Shown here piece by piece: positions 1 to 13,074 of a DNA stretch of 64,000 nt. A model generated the notes under the pieces. The model saw only the letters and a list, made by a program, of their open reading frames with translations. It was not told the origin of the DNA and made no database searches. Made by a program: the position numbers and the translations under genes. How positions within the stretch are numbered: the stretch's first letter is position 1; every line of letters starts with the position of its first letter. The DNA comes from Eledone cirrhosa (lineage: Eukaryota): assembly GCA_964016885.1 (NCBI GenBank), contig OZ024743.1:150536001-150600000 (forward strand), given 5' to 3'.

Positions 1-2279
1 GTTTAATTCGTTAGTTGGTGAATCACAAATGAAAGTTTTGAATTCATATATAGTATCAAATCTATATGTCAGACTCCATTCCAGTGATTTCTTTGGAGGC
101 ATATTTTTAACTGGTGGATGTGGAGCAATTTCCATTTTTAAGGGGGTATATAAAACAGAGGAGACATGTAGAATAAGGGTGATAAGAGATATTTTCATTA
201 TATACATTAAAATACCAATTCACTATAAAAGGAAAACAAGTTGTACTTTACCTATGTCTGAGAACCTTTCTAAAAGCTGGTATTTCTGGACAGTTGTAGC
301 TAGAAATAACTGATTATGACAGCTAGTTTGCAATGGTTATATAGAGCAAATAGACAATGTGGGCTACATGATGTAAAATTGCCAATGCAATAATACAAAT
401 GCAGACATGGAATGATTTGTTAGCTGCCCATAAAACTGCCCTTCATTGCATAATCTATCACATGTCTTTAGATCTCTTGTAGATCTGTAGTTCCTTCCAC
501 CACAATGAGCACAGTGAGCATACATAAAAGATGAATCCCCATTAGCATAAAGTCAGATGTCAATGGAATAGCCATATAGATAAAGAAAATAGATGACTTG
601 GACTATATGATATTTGTTTGCATGTATAATAGTACATAATACACATCCAGACATTGAATGATTCCCCAGCAACACTCTGTTTTAAGTGCATTATAAAGTG
701 TTTAAGAGCATGTTAAGCCGACATCATACTATGTCGGTATATACACTAGGATTCATTTGATCATATTGCTGACAGTTTCAAAGGAATAAGGCATGGATAA
801 CTGTATACTGACAAAAAAGAAGCAAGCTGATATATTATGTATGTATGCACCCATGTGAATGGATTGAATATACTGTAACAATAATTAAACTGTCTTGATT
901 GAATGTTGCAGCAGGAATATTTTAATTATTCATTATTTGTACATACATAAACATACATGTATTGTAGAAGTGTATTTTAGACATGCTCCATATTTCCTCA
1001 TTGTATTTTGTATACTAACTACTATACACTATTGTAAACCCATTAATTTGTGATGGCTTGTGAAGGCTTCTTAATATAACACTGATTACCTAACATTTAG
1101 ATTTATTGCTGTTCCACATGACTGTCACCTTCAAAAATGTTTAATATGCATTTCAATGCTTAACAAAGAGTCTATGAAACATAGTTACCTAATACAATAA
1201 AAGTATATCATATACTCTCATATCCTTTGCAAAACATCAGGCAGATATTGCCTCATGTTCCCAGTAAAGAGAATTTCAAATATGTTATCCTGGAGGATAA
1301 TGTGAGAGATGCATTGATAGGGTCAGTCAAACTCAAATGGCTTGTCCTTATGGATGATCATTTCCATCCTGGTCACAGTAAATAAGGACGTGGTTCCAGG
1401 AGCTAAATTTCCACTTCAATGAGTTTGACAATAAAACTGTCAGAGAGTAACCAGTACTTTTCTGGAGCCCTAAATACATATTTCACCAATAATCATGGTG
1501 AATTAGCTGGCAAGCCATTGAACTTCATATGGAATTTACATAAGAAATTCAACAGCTACAAAATAATTAAGTTCACTATCAAGTCTTCACTTAACAGTGA
1601 TTGCAAGTTATGAATTATTGCTAATGATATTTAAAGATGAAAAGCTACATTCTAAAAATGAAAGGTTATTGAAACCAGCTATCTTTTTATCAACACTGTT
1701 TTGCAGTCAGATGAAACACAGGTCTTCCATTCAACAATGATGAGATATATTAGAAGTAAACCGGTAGAGATGTGACAATCATCTATGCAATTATTCAAAG
1801 AAATGAAGATCAATTTCTGTTCTGTGGTTGCATGTTCTGCAGATAGCATGCCCATTATGATGAATATATAAGGACAGTTTAAAATTGATGAATGATCACA
1901 ATATATCAAATGATTGGTATGCATTTTTTTTATACACTGAGGAATTATACAATATGATAGACTTTTCTACTAATTGTGTGAGGAGAGTGTGGAGTGTAAT
2001 ACAATACATGTCAGTTTTTGTTAGATTGTGTGTTCCCACTGGTTGTCCAAAAGACACTGCTTGCACCACTTTATTTAACTATATGACAGCTTGCTTGATT
2101 TTTTTCATTATAAATCATTAATTCAGCCTTCTGCTGCAGGCTGGCCTACATCACTGACCAGCTACTGAAGCCATGTTTGATAAATTCAGTAAAGAAGTAT
2201 AAGATATTGAAAAGACATTCCTTGATCCCAAAATGAAAATTCTGGAATTAACATAAATACATACTATGTACATCAGAAG

Positions 2280-2690
2280 GTGCTGTTGTGACCGGGTTTA
2301 GGAGATCAGCAAAGTATTCTCTCTACAATGAGAGGATGCACCCCTCTGAAAAGTGGAGAACCCATGATACATTCCTGATAGCAGGCATGGAGAAGGACTT
2401 CTTATAACAAAGTCAGTGGATGGTATGCCATTCCTTCAAATCACTCCTTTCCATGTCAGGTAGTTAGTGCCAACATGTACATTGAAGTCTCCCATTAGGT
2501 TATATGACTGTCTTTACATATAATGCTGCAGTGACTTCATCAAAGAATGATCTGTATTTGGGATCGCTGTTTGGCACATAAATTTGCACCACCCACTGAG
2601 ACATTTCTTTAAGCCTAAGCTTCAAGAGGCAAATCCTCTCTTCCAATGAAATTCAGTTTATAGCACATTCTCTATATACTCTGGCTGACT
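2280..2690 (-). pseudogene. RTE LINE APE endonuclease fragment, inverted relative to adjacent RT piece
   Basis: Minus strand reads VQIYVPN (~2570-2590) and LMGDFNVHV (~2470-2498), AP-endonuclease motifs; many stops. Confidence 0.65.
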
Positions 2691-2950
2691 CAAGTGTGCC
2701 ACATGGCCAGCATCTCTGGAAAGGTACCCAAGCAATGGTAGTCAAGAGTGATAATCCCAATCTTCAAAAGGGGAGACAAGACAGATTGCTCTAATCATAG
2801 AAAGATGTCGTTGTTAAGCCTAATCTGTAAAGTTTATGCTAAGTGCCTGGCAAAGAGATGTAGAGATATTGTCGAGCCCAAGATAGTTGGCAACAAGTGT
2901 GGTTTTTGCCCTAGATGCAGCAAAGCTGACCAAATATTCACCCTGCAGCA
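2690..2950 (+). pseudogene. RTE LINE RT N-terminal fragment (family with (GAA)n tail)
   Basis: ORF 2748: IIPIFKRGDKTDCSNHRKMSLLS...GFCPRCSKADQIFTLQQ, non-LTR RT start; continues after an interruption at ~5820. Confidence 0.8.
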
Positions 2951-3296
2951 GACAGGGACAGATTTATCAGGGGTGGTGGGGGAAACAGCTCTGAACCCCC
3001 TTCATCAAACAGGGCCCACCTTATCAAACTATGCCCCAATCCCCTCTCCGAACAGGACCCTTACTTCAAACAGAGCTCCAGAGCTCCTGAGTTCCTGCTA
3101 ACTTTTAAGAATGGGGTTCTGATCATAAGTGTAATTTCATCTTTTAGAAAGTATGTTTTTATAAACATAATTTAATGTCACTTTTGTACCAATTTATCAA
3201 AATTTCTTTACTTTAGCAACACGAGTTGGCAAATGTAAGGGGAACTGCTATGTATGGTGTATATGTACACATGTATTAGTGTATGTGTATATAATA

Positions 3297-5428
3297 TTAA
3301 AGATAATATTTATAGTTATGTATATATTATACTATAAACAACTATAAACAGAGAAGGTCAGTAATTTATTACTACCTTATTACCAGTAAGATAAATAGCT
3401 CAATGTAAGAACATCAGTTGTTTTACAGAGCAGTAATATTGAATTCACAAGAATCAAAGTTATGTTTAAAACATTTATTTGCTGACAATTGTTTCTTCCA
3501 AACCTAGGCTTGGAGTCTTCGGGGCATTTTTAATGTTTGTACATATAATTGACCTCCTACTCAACCGAAGAAACATACAGATACATATATATATATTGAT
3601 GTTGTGTACAACAGTTTCATGTTTACAGTGTGGAATTGATGCGGCATATATTATATTATACTATATTTGTACAATAATTCAAATTAAGATTAAAATCAAA
3701 GTTAAATTTAAAAACAAGATTAAAAGTATAGGTTGAAATACATGTGACAGATAATACAGATAATTCAAGAGAATAGTCTAATAATTAAATTAAAGAGATA
3801 GTATATGCGTTGGTCATATATAAAGGTATTGAAAGGGATTGAAAGGGGGATTGAAAAATGTATTTTTCAATCCCCCTTTCAATCTAAACGTCTCTACCAA
3901 CTTACCTAAGGCTTTCTTCTCAATCCTGGATAAAAACTTCCCGTCTGGCCACAAGTACCATGGTCTTATAAATAAAAACACCATTAAAATCTCCTACTCT
4001 ACCACACCTAACATAGCATACCATATAGCTAGTAGTAATAAAAGAAAGATTAATACTTATTTTCAACAAACTAAAATACAGCAGGGGGTAAACTTTCAAA
4101 ACAACATAATAACTACAAACCCTAATAACAATAGTAATAATAGTAATAACACTAATGAAATCAATAACATTAGGAACGACAACCATCATAGCCCTAATGC
4201 AATACCTAGCAACCAGACTTCTACACAACATAATACCCAACAAGATAACACCCAAAATAAATGTAACTGTAGATCAAATAGAACCTGCCCTTTAGGTAAC
4301 AACTACTGAATCAAGAACATCATTTACTCATGCACGGTCAACACCAACAACTCTTCTGAAACCTATATAGGCTCTACTTCGAACTGCTTCAAGATGAGAT
4401 ACAACTCACATCTCCATTCTTTCAAAAAACACAATCTAGCCAACTCCACTTCACTATCTAGCTACATACACTATCTGAAAACTAGGAATAGATCATATAC
4501 ACTTCAATGGGAAGTGGTAGGTAGGGCTGCATCGTATAAACCACCTAATAAATTTTGTAACCTCTGTCTACTAGATACCCATACTATAATCTTTTCGAAT
4601 CTTAACCTCCTTAATAAAAAAATCAGAAGTGTTTGCATCGTGCCAACACTGCTTCTGACACTCTTTCCCAAACTTTAAACCTAGTATATAACAATGTCAG
4701 ATTTGAACTCATCACCACCACTAGCACTTCACCTCTAGGTCTTGCCTTCCACCACTACATCACACTCTCTGATCCACCGTAATTTCTTGCAGCTGAAGGA
4801 CCCTAATCTATAAATATGGATTAAATAACACTAAGTTACAATACATCACAATCCATTACTATAACAAACATTCAATGCAAATATATCGTAACTTATGTGA
4901 TGGATGTGAAAAATGTAACTTTCTTTTTCTGCACACATACAAATTTGAACTATACAGAAAATATCCTCGCATTGCAACCACCATAATACACTAACATATT
5001 CGCTTAAAGTGCTTGTATTTCATGTAATACCTTGCCATACAGCACTCATATATACATGATACATTTGCTTGTTCCATCCCTTTATATATGACTAACGCAT
5101 ATACTATCTCTTTAATTTAATTATTAGACTATTCTCTTGAATTATCTGTATTATCTGTCTTTTCATCTTGTTTTTAAATTTAACTTTGATTTTAATCTTA
5201 ATTTGAATTATTGTACAAATATAGTATAATATAATATATGCCGCATCAATTCCACACTGTAAACATGAAACTGTTGTACACAACATCAATATATATATAT
5301 GTATCTGTATGTTTCTTCGGTTGAGTAGGAGGTCAATTATATGTACAAACATTAAAAATGCTCCGAAGACTCCAAGAAACAATTGTCAGCGAATAAATGT
5401 TTTAAACATAACTTTGTGAATTCAATAT
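3297..5428 (+). mobile_element. 5'-truncated Penelope-like element with inverted pLTR copy at its 5' end
   Basis: GIY-YIG region 3862-4678 (FNPPFN, CNCRSNRTCPL, TYIG, CNLC); inverted repeat ~3436-3826 vs ~5080-5428. Confidence 0.9.
3481..3525 (-). ncRNA. Minimal type I hammerhead-like ribozyme, U4C core (second copy 5360-5390, + strand, stem II partly deleted)
   Basis: CCGAAGA-tccaa/ttgga stem II-GAAA-CAATTG-TC; stem I gct/agc in the + copy. Confidence 0.65.
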
Positions 5429-5677
5429 ATGTATATATATAGCTTGTTACTGATGTGTATATAAATTTATGAGTGTGTATGTGTGATTATATGTTTGTGT
5501 GTGAATGACCATTCCTCTGCTACCTCCATTTTTTACTTCCTGACATGGTAGTGCGCTGATATATTTGAAGTATTTCAAATCATCTCCTCTCTATTCAGTC
5601 GCTGCTGTCTTTCTCTCTCTCATTCACTCACTCTCTCTCTAACTCTCTCTCTCTTATTGCATATGTGTGTGTGTATT

Positions 5678-5721
<44 letters not shown>

Positions 5722-5819
5722 TGTCTGTCTGTCTGTCTGTCTGTGTTTGTGAGTTCATTATTATAAGAGGAAAGCACCAAAGCTGAACTGCCCCAGGCTC
5801 CCCGAGATCTAAAGTTCTT

Positions 5820-6931
5820 AAATCATGGGAGTTTCATAGACCTTGAAAAAGCATATGATTGCATTCCATGGTACCTTTTGTGGAAGGTTTTGCAAGAATA
5901 TGAGATTAATGGACATCTTATTTTTGCTCTGATGACTCTATACAAATGCCCTAGTACTTGCATTTGATAAAAGGTACTACATCAAAACAATTCAATGGGG
6001 ATGTCAGACTCCACATAGGGTTCATACTGCCACCTTTTCTGTTCATAATCTTCATGTAGAGGATTGACAAGTGCAGCCATGGTGGAAGTGGTTTTGAGTC
6101 TTGTATAAAAGCAGTTGACTGGTATTTGCAGACAACAAGGTATTACTTAACTTATCAGAAGGTGATCATGGATATACACTTGGCAGGTTTGCTACTGAGT
6201 GCTGCACAACAGTACATCAAAGACTGAGACATTTGTCCTCTCAAGGAAGCCTACACAGTATATTCTACATTTGAATGGAGTACTACTGAAGCTGTTCAAG
6301 TATCTGGAGGCTGTGTTCATGAGTGATGGAAGGCAAAAGGCTAAATGAAATGTAAGAACTGCAGTAGCTGGTGCAGTAATGCTCCAGCTTCAACATTTGG
6401 TCATCAGAAAAAGTGAGGTAGGTGTAAAAAGCCAAACTCACTATCTTCAATTCAGTATCCAGGCCAATCCTTACTTATGATCATGAATCTTGTGTAATTA
6501 CCAAATGAATACGATTGCAAATACAAGCAATCGAAATGGGGTTCCAGTGCATAACTTAGAGATCAGAGAGTCACTCCAATTAGAGCTGTTACTTCTCCAA
6601 ATTGAGAGATAACAGCTCCGGTACTATGGGCATGTGGTTAGAATGTTTCAGGAAAGAATCACTCAACATATTTTATGGGCAAAACCAACCAGCTGGAGAC
6701 CCAGGGGTAGACCCCGAGCAAGACTGTTAGATAACATCCATGAGCTCTTCTGGTCTTCCTTGGGGATCCAGCTAGATCAATTTGAGATCACTGCTTCTGG
6801 CAGGACCCACTGGAAGGAGTGTTTGAGGATTCTGTCCCAGGAATAATTTGGTGAAGAAGAAGAAGAAGAAGAAGAAGAAGAAGAAGAAGAAGAAGAAGAA
6901 GAAGAAGAAGAAGAAGAAGAAGAAGAAGAAG
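5820..6931 (+). mobile_element. RTE LINE RT/3' end, degenerate, with (GAA)n tail
   Basis: FIDLEKAYD-like at ~5832, ORF 6634 RPRGRPRARLLDNI, tail (GAA)n 6852-6931. Confidence 0.85.
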
Positions 6932-7340
6932 ACATACTGTATTTCATGTAATTGTTCAATGCCAATATTTTCCCACCTCTTTTGACTATTACAATGTTGT
7001 AACATATCAGCTGACGTCATCAGAATTATCCAATCTCTCAAAGCTCTTCAACAAATGATTTCCAAACTTAACTAATCTTTCCTTTCAATCATAGTATATG
7101 CAACATTTTAAGTGTGATGAAGTAGCAGAGCTTATCAAAGTAATGCACTGACTCATGGATATTTCCATGTGAATTTTTGAAGAAGTTGCATGCAAATATC
7201 CTTTACTGACTAAAAGTGGGCCAAAATTTCTTTTATCAATTTTACCATCATATTTTATTGAATTTGGACTATGCACATTTGTCATTTGTTCATTTGATAT
7301 GCAAGAATCACACTTGATATAATAAATGAGGAAATATTAA

Positions 7341-7548
7341 CCCTTTAGCATTTACATTACTCTATATTTACTATTGTATTTTCACGGTAAAGGTTTTACC
7401 TCACTTAATATCGAATCTATGAGATTTTGATATTATTTGTTTTGAGAACAATACCTTAACGTTGGTATGAGTGGTCGGTTACAGCTGGTTTAAACAGGAA
7501 GAGGTAAGAGAATTCTGGTCGGATATGGCAGGTTTAAATGCTAAAGGG
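7341..7548. mobile_element. piggyBac-like MITE
   Basis: TIRs CCCTTTAGCATTTA / TAAATGCTAAAGGG, flanked by TTAA at 7337-7340 and 7549-7552. Confidence 0.8.
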
Positions 7549-9579
7549 TTAATCAAATTACTGCCTGACTCAAACTGGCTTGCAAGCCAGCACCGGCCAC
7601 AAGGCTTTCACTGAATATTATTTGGTATATCTATTATGCAACATTTAGTATACTTGCTTACATTCAATGAATTATACAATATCATCGTATTAACCATATT
7701 ACAATTATCAGTTATATTAATTGAGTAAACTTAGACCAAATCATACTAAACATGTCTTAATTCACAGTTAGTAATAAATAAATAAAAATCTCAGGTGGTA
7801 ATTTTCTCTTGAGAGCACATGCTGTATAATTTTAAGAACCATAGTCTATTCCCTTCCAGTTTATACCCTGTCATACTTGGGCTGCATGAAGCCGTTTATA
7901 ACCTTTTGTAGGAATGCATAATGTAATCACTATATGATCATAACATTTTATTCAGTTTTGTTGCATAATGTCATGGTCCAGCTTACTTTTTTCTTTCGTT
8001 TATACATACACACTTTCTTCAGATCAAGTTTGGTGAAACAATGTTTGTTGAATTATTTATTTACAGATAAGTGAACATTGTCAGTGGAAAAATATATTAG
8101 ATCATGAACTGTTGACTTTCAGGATGAGAAACAAAGAACAATAGATTCAGATGATAGTAACTCTTGTCTTTGGCAGGAGAAAACATTAAATAAATTTCTC
8201 TTTAATATTCTTACAAGCTACTTTCAAACAGATTTATCTTGCATAAAACAACTTATCAATATTTCTGCTTCTCTATAGATCATTAAAGTATGACTAAGCT
8301 ATGTTTGTATGTAGACAAATGATTATTGGTTAAAACTAATCAGACATTGTTGTCAATAACCTACATTTAATGCCTTGTAGATTTCAATTTAACATGTAAA
8401 CCTGATTGAATAAAGTATTATTACCATGCATAATTACACAGCACAATTATCACAACAGTTACATTGTTGTTTAACCCAGAGCAGCCCTGACCAAGCAGTC
8501 TATTATACAGTATCCCTTTTTAAAGGAAGATAGTAAGTGGTAATTCTAGGGGAATATAATTGTCAAACAACATGGTCTCTTGTTTGCTTGTGTGATACAT
8601 TATTGATGGTGTTTAGTTCCAGATCATGCATGATTGGACAAACCTATGATAAAAGACATTCTAGCTGTGACCATCTCATCTTTTTCCTTGAAATACTGCA
8701 TCTAGGACAACATTATCCAATGTGTTCTTTTCCAAGATGCTAATGTGTGATTTGAGGGAAATTAAACTGCTATTTCTTGCAGGTCAAATAACCATGTAAA
8801 TGTCTCCACGTTGGTTCATGTGATATGTTCTATTGTCTGATGATGATAGAATGTTAGTGTACATGACATTGAAAATTAACAAATTAATGAAGATAACGCA
8901 AGAATTATAGCCAACTATGACCAAAAGGTATCTGGAGTCGTCACCACACTTCTCATACATGCCTCCAATTATTAATCAATTTTTAAGTTTTGGAGTTGTA
9001 TCTTTTGATTTTCTTAACAATTAATTCTTAACAATTAATGCTAAAAATTTCTTTTGATTACATATTTAATTTTAATTGAATAAACATTTTCTGGGAGTTT
9101 TACTACATTAATTATGTTAGCTCTGAAATATATATCTATATATATCATCATTATCATCATCATCATCGTTTAACGTCCATCTTCCATGCTAGCAGGGGTT
9201 GGACGGGTTTTTTCCCACTTGAGGCAAGATTGGTTGGGTGTATATAAGGGTATTAAATCTAACATAGCTTTGTATATGAAATATCTGGCGATTTACGGTA
9301 TGTTTATAAATAAACATTTTGAAAGCCTTCAGCTATAAATTTGAAAACTGATGGCACAGCACCATCTAGAGTGTTCCAACAGAAACTAAGAACAAGCAGC
9401 TAGTGATGATGATACACTATTTATGTTAAGTTGTTTAATAATTTGTGAAACTGGTGATTTGGGTTAGAAAATGATGATTGTAGATTTGGCATAGATGTGG
9501 TAGGTGCAGGAACAGAGTGAAATATTCATTAAAACATGGCCTTCTGTTGTTGTTTTGTAATGTACATACATATATATAG

Positions 9580-11176
9580 TGGGACAACAGGCAGGCTAGA
9601 AAAAAACATGGACCTCATATGTGGACCCTGCACAGGGGTAGTAAGAAAAGACCCTCAGATAGCATCCCCCTTCAATTGCACAGAAGACCCCATAGATATA
9701 GTTGATAGCTTCTGCTATCTGGTTGGCCAAATCAGCTGCAGAGGTGGTTGCACAGTAAGAACAGGATGGAAAAAGTTCAGGGAGCTACTGCTGCTGCTAA
9801 CTACAAAAAATCTCTCACTCAAGATAAAATGCAAGTTGTATGATGCCTGTGTGCACTCCGCAATGCTACATAGTAGCGAAACATAGGCACTGCATGCTGA
9901 ACACCTATGGAAATTAGAAACAAATGAAGCCTGCATGAGCAAAGTGTGAATGTATTGAGGGTGGAACTGGGCATAAGAGGGATCAAATGTTGTGTGTTGG
10001 AGAGATGACTCAACGTGATGTGCATGAAGGATGACAGTTGTTTAAAAAGGTGCAGGGCTTTAGAGGTTGCAGGATACCCCAAAAGAGGAAGACCCAGGAA
10101 GTCGAGGGATGAAATGATAAAGGTGGATCTGACTCAACTGAATATCCCGATGATGATGACACAGGACTAGGTCCTCTGGCACTACAATATATAGCAAAAG
10201 ACCTGTGTCAACAACTCAACTCCAGACTCGGTTTATAGTGGTATATCCCAGACCCATACTGCAAACATGGTCGATGGCAGGCCCACCCAGTGACATGGTT
10301 CCCTTTATGAGTAAGGCTTGATTCAACCAACTGATCCAACCTCCCTCATATACTATGGTTTTCCTGTGAGCAGGGTATGGCGTGGCCAACTGGCCTACGC
10401 CTCCTCAAAATGGTGCCATCCAGTTCCACTCTGTAAATGTGGTTGCAGCACCCAAACTATGGTTCTGCTGTGAGAAGGGTTTGGTGTGGCTGAATGGCCT
10501 GTCCCTCCTCATAGCAGTGTCATACAGTTCCACACTGCAAATATGGTTGTGGCACCCGAACTATGGTTCCACTGTGAGAAGGGTTCAGCGTAGCCAACTG
10601 GTCTTTCCCTCCTCATAGTGGTGCCATCCAGTTCCAGGCTCCCTAACTGTGGTTCCGCTGTCAGAATTGTTCTGTGTAGTCAACTGGCCTGTCCCTCCTC
10701 ATTGTGGAGCCATCCAGTTCTTCACTGTAAACATTGGTTGTAGATCCCAAAATATGGTTCTACTGTGAGAAGGATTTGGCACAGCCAACTGGTCTGTCCC
10801 TCCTCATAGTAGTGTGATCCAGTCCCAGGTTCCTTAAATGTCATTTCGCTTTAAGAAGGGTTCGCCACAGGCAATTGGTTTGTTCCTCCTCATAGCGGTG
10901 CCATCCATTTCCAGGTTCCAAAACTATCATTTCACTGTGAGGTGGGTTCGGCATGGCCAACTGGCATATTCCTCTTCATAACAGTGCCATACAGTTTCTC
11001 ACTGTCAATGTGATTAGTGTTATGAATGGGATTCAGCTGTAAAAGCCCTGGCCAAATTTACAGTCCTGTTGGAGCAAGGTAGGGCTATCCAAATCCAGCC
11101 AGACTTGTCTTTCAATGTGGATGAACTGCCTAGCCCATGCAAACAAAGAAAATGGACGTTAAACTGTAATGATGAT
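9580..11176 (+). mobile_element. RTE LINE 3' fragment (PHD-type family) with minisatellite 3'UTR
   Basis: VDSFCYL..GWKKFREL..LYDACVHSAMLHSSET; ~80-bp repeats 10290-11000; (GAT)n-like end. Confidence 0.85.
10290..11000 (+). repeat. ~80-bp degenerate minisatellite in RTE 3'UTR
   Basis: Recurrent unit actatggttccactgtgagaagggt..ggccaactggcctgtccctcctcatagtggtgccatccagttcc; also at 30940-31310 (-) and 36890-37145 (+). Confidence 0.85.
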
Positions 11177-11427
11177 ATATATCTTTTTATTCTTTGATTG
11201 GTTTCAATCAGTTGAAATTTTATAGCTGAAAAAATAATGGTTCAAGAGGAAATTCTGTAAGGACTGGGCATGGTAGTTAGTGCTAGAACCTGAGGATGTG
11301 CAGATATATGTCATGAAAGAATGTGAGATGAATGAGTTGAGAATGCCTGAAATGAGTGGCATGAGAAGAGACAATCTGAGAAGCATAGACCACTGCAATA
11401 GTTGTAGAAAAAGTAGTGAAAAAAGGA

Positions 11428-11738
11428 AGACACCCTTTGGTCACAAATGACCATGGGATTTTCACATAGAAAGTTCCTCCCTGAGGCACAAGTCCAGGCA
11501 AGGTTGTTTGTGGAAGACCAGCAGTTGTCCATGGAAACTAGCCTCCCCTCTCCACACCACCATTGTTGTCCAAGGCTGATACAGCTTGGCACCAATGGTG
11601 TCACAACTCATTTCAACAGGTGAGTAAACTGGAGCAACATGAAATAAAGTGTCTTCCTCAAGGACACAACACATGATCTAGTCCGAGAATCAAACTCACA
11701 ACCTCCAGACTGCAAGCCCAATGTTCTAACCACTAATC
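11428..11738 (-). mobile_element. tRNA-headed SINE (family B)
   Basis: Minus strand starts tagtggttagaacattgggc...gtgagtttgattc (A/B-box-like); homologous to 54240-54535 and partly 61245-61567. Confidence 0.7.
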
Positions 11739-12269
11739 TATAGTAGAAAGGTAAAAATATGACAGTGGATCAGAGGGAGTGTTTATGATGCTGACAACTA
11801 TTGCTAGGATTGAGTTTGCTTTTCTAAAATAAGTTTGGGAGATACATGAAAGAACAATTTGGTCCAGAATACCAGCTTGCCGTCCTACAAAGAGAGAGAG
11901 AAACTTCATAGTTTACAAAGGAATTTATTTGCTTTTATTTTAAGCTTAGAGTATGAAGAACATAACAATTTTCTTTCACTTCAAATTTAAAAGTCTGTCA
12001 CTATTGTAGCAACTGTTCTCAATTTGTAAGAGAAGACACCTAATATTTTTGTAGCAGCTGCAGAAATATAGTGTAGATATACATTCTGCATGTCTAATTA
12101 AATTACGTCAAAGAGGATTCTTGTTTATTATATAATACGCAAATTCATATTTTTATTTTCATTTTTATAATGAACAGTATATGAAGATAGCAGCTGTGAT
12201 ATCAATAAGCTGATGAAACTATCAAAGATAACAACAGATTCAATATAGAAATCTCTGAAAAATGAGAGT

Positions 12270-12456
12270 TTATGTGTATATATATATATATGTGTATATA
12301 TATATGTATATATGTATGAATGTGTGTGAGTGGGTTTGTATATATATAAATACACACAGATATATATATACACAAAAGTGTGCACATGCACATACACACA
12401 CACATATATATATATGTATATATACATATGTATGTGTGTATATATATATATATATG

Positions 12457-12524
<68 letters not shown>

Positions 12525-12564
12525 GGGGTGTAACTAGGAGTTACTGCAGGTTCAGTACATATAC

Positions 12565-12595
<31 letters not shown>

Positions 12596-12642
12596 CGTAT
12601 ATATATATATAGTATATATATATGTGTATATATATATATCTA

Positions 12643-12674
<32 letters not shown>

Positions 12675-12688
12675 CATCTATCTATCTA

Positions 12689-12720
<32 letters not shown>
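12270..12720. repeat. Compound (TA)n/(CA)n/(TATC)n microsatellite
   Basis: Direct reading. Confidence 0.95.
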
Positions 12721-12723
<3 letters not shown>

Positions 12724-13074
12724 TCAGAAGATCCCGTTAAGGGTGAAAGCAGCGATTCTTTGCTTAAACTTTAATCTGTTATTTTAATAAATATATATAT
12801 ATATATAAAACGAACTGCAACGGGAGATTAAAACTCTACTCGACAACCTGAGAAATACCAAAGGAATTATTATAAAGGCAGACAAAACATCGAATCTATA
12901 TACCCTAGATGTAGAAACGTATAATAATTTTATACGTAAGGAATTACATACGAAGTACAAAAAACAAACGCAACTACACTAACCAACATTAATAACGCAG
13001 CATGTGATATTGTTAAGAAACTGAAAATCGACGACAGAACGGAACCCCTATCTCCAGCTACACCGACTTTTAAT

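Noticed and set aside
1-2270. Short ORFs (29-313, 1419-1613, 1679-1924, 1885-2121) as host exons
   Set aside because: No recognisable domain or convincing splice pairs; may be ancient TE debris. Needs tBLASTn/RNA-seq.
4790-4830. CTGAAGG as hammerhead core
   Set aside because: Wrong core and no GAAA/stem partner
3479-5382. Two near-identical small ORFs on opposite strands
   Set aside because: By-product of the inverted pLTR; antisense to the element
6772-7041. Poly-Ser / poly-Phe ORFs
   Set aside because: Translations of the (GAA)n LINE tail
10290-11000. CRISPR-like repeat array
   Set aside because: Whole unit is repeated and degenerate, no unique spacers, no cas genes, eukaryotic LINE context
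12721-12791. HHR-like CAGAAGA..GAAA motif (related piece at 41340-41420, - strand)
   Set aside because: Core and cleavage triplet too degenerate to call a ribozyme; only a probable pLTR remnant
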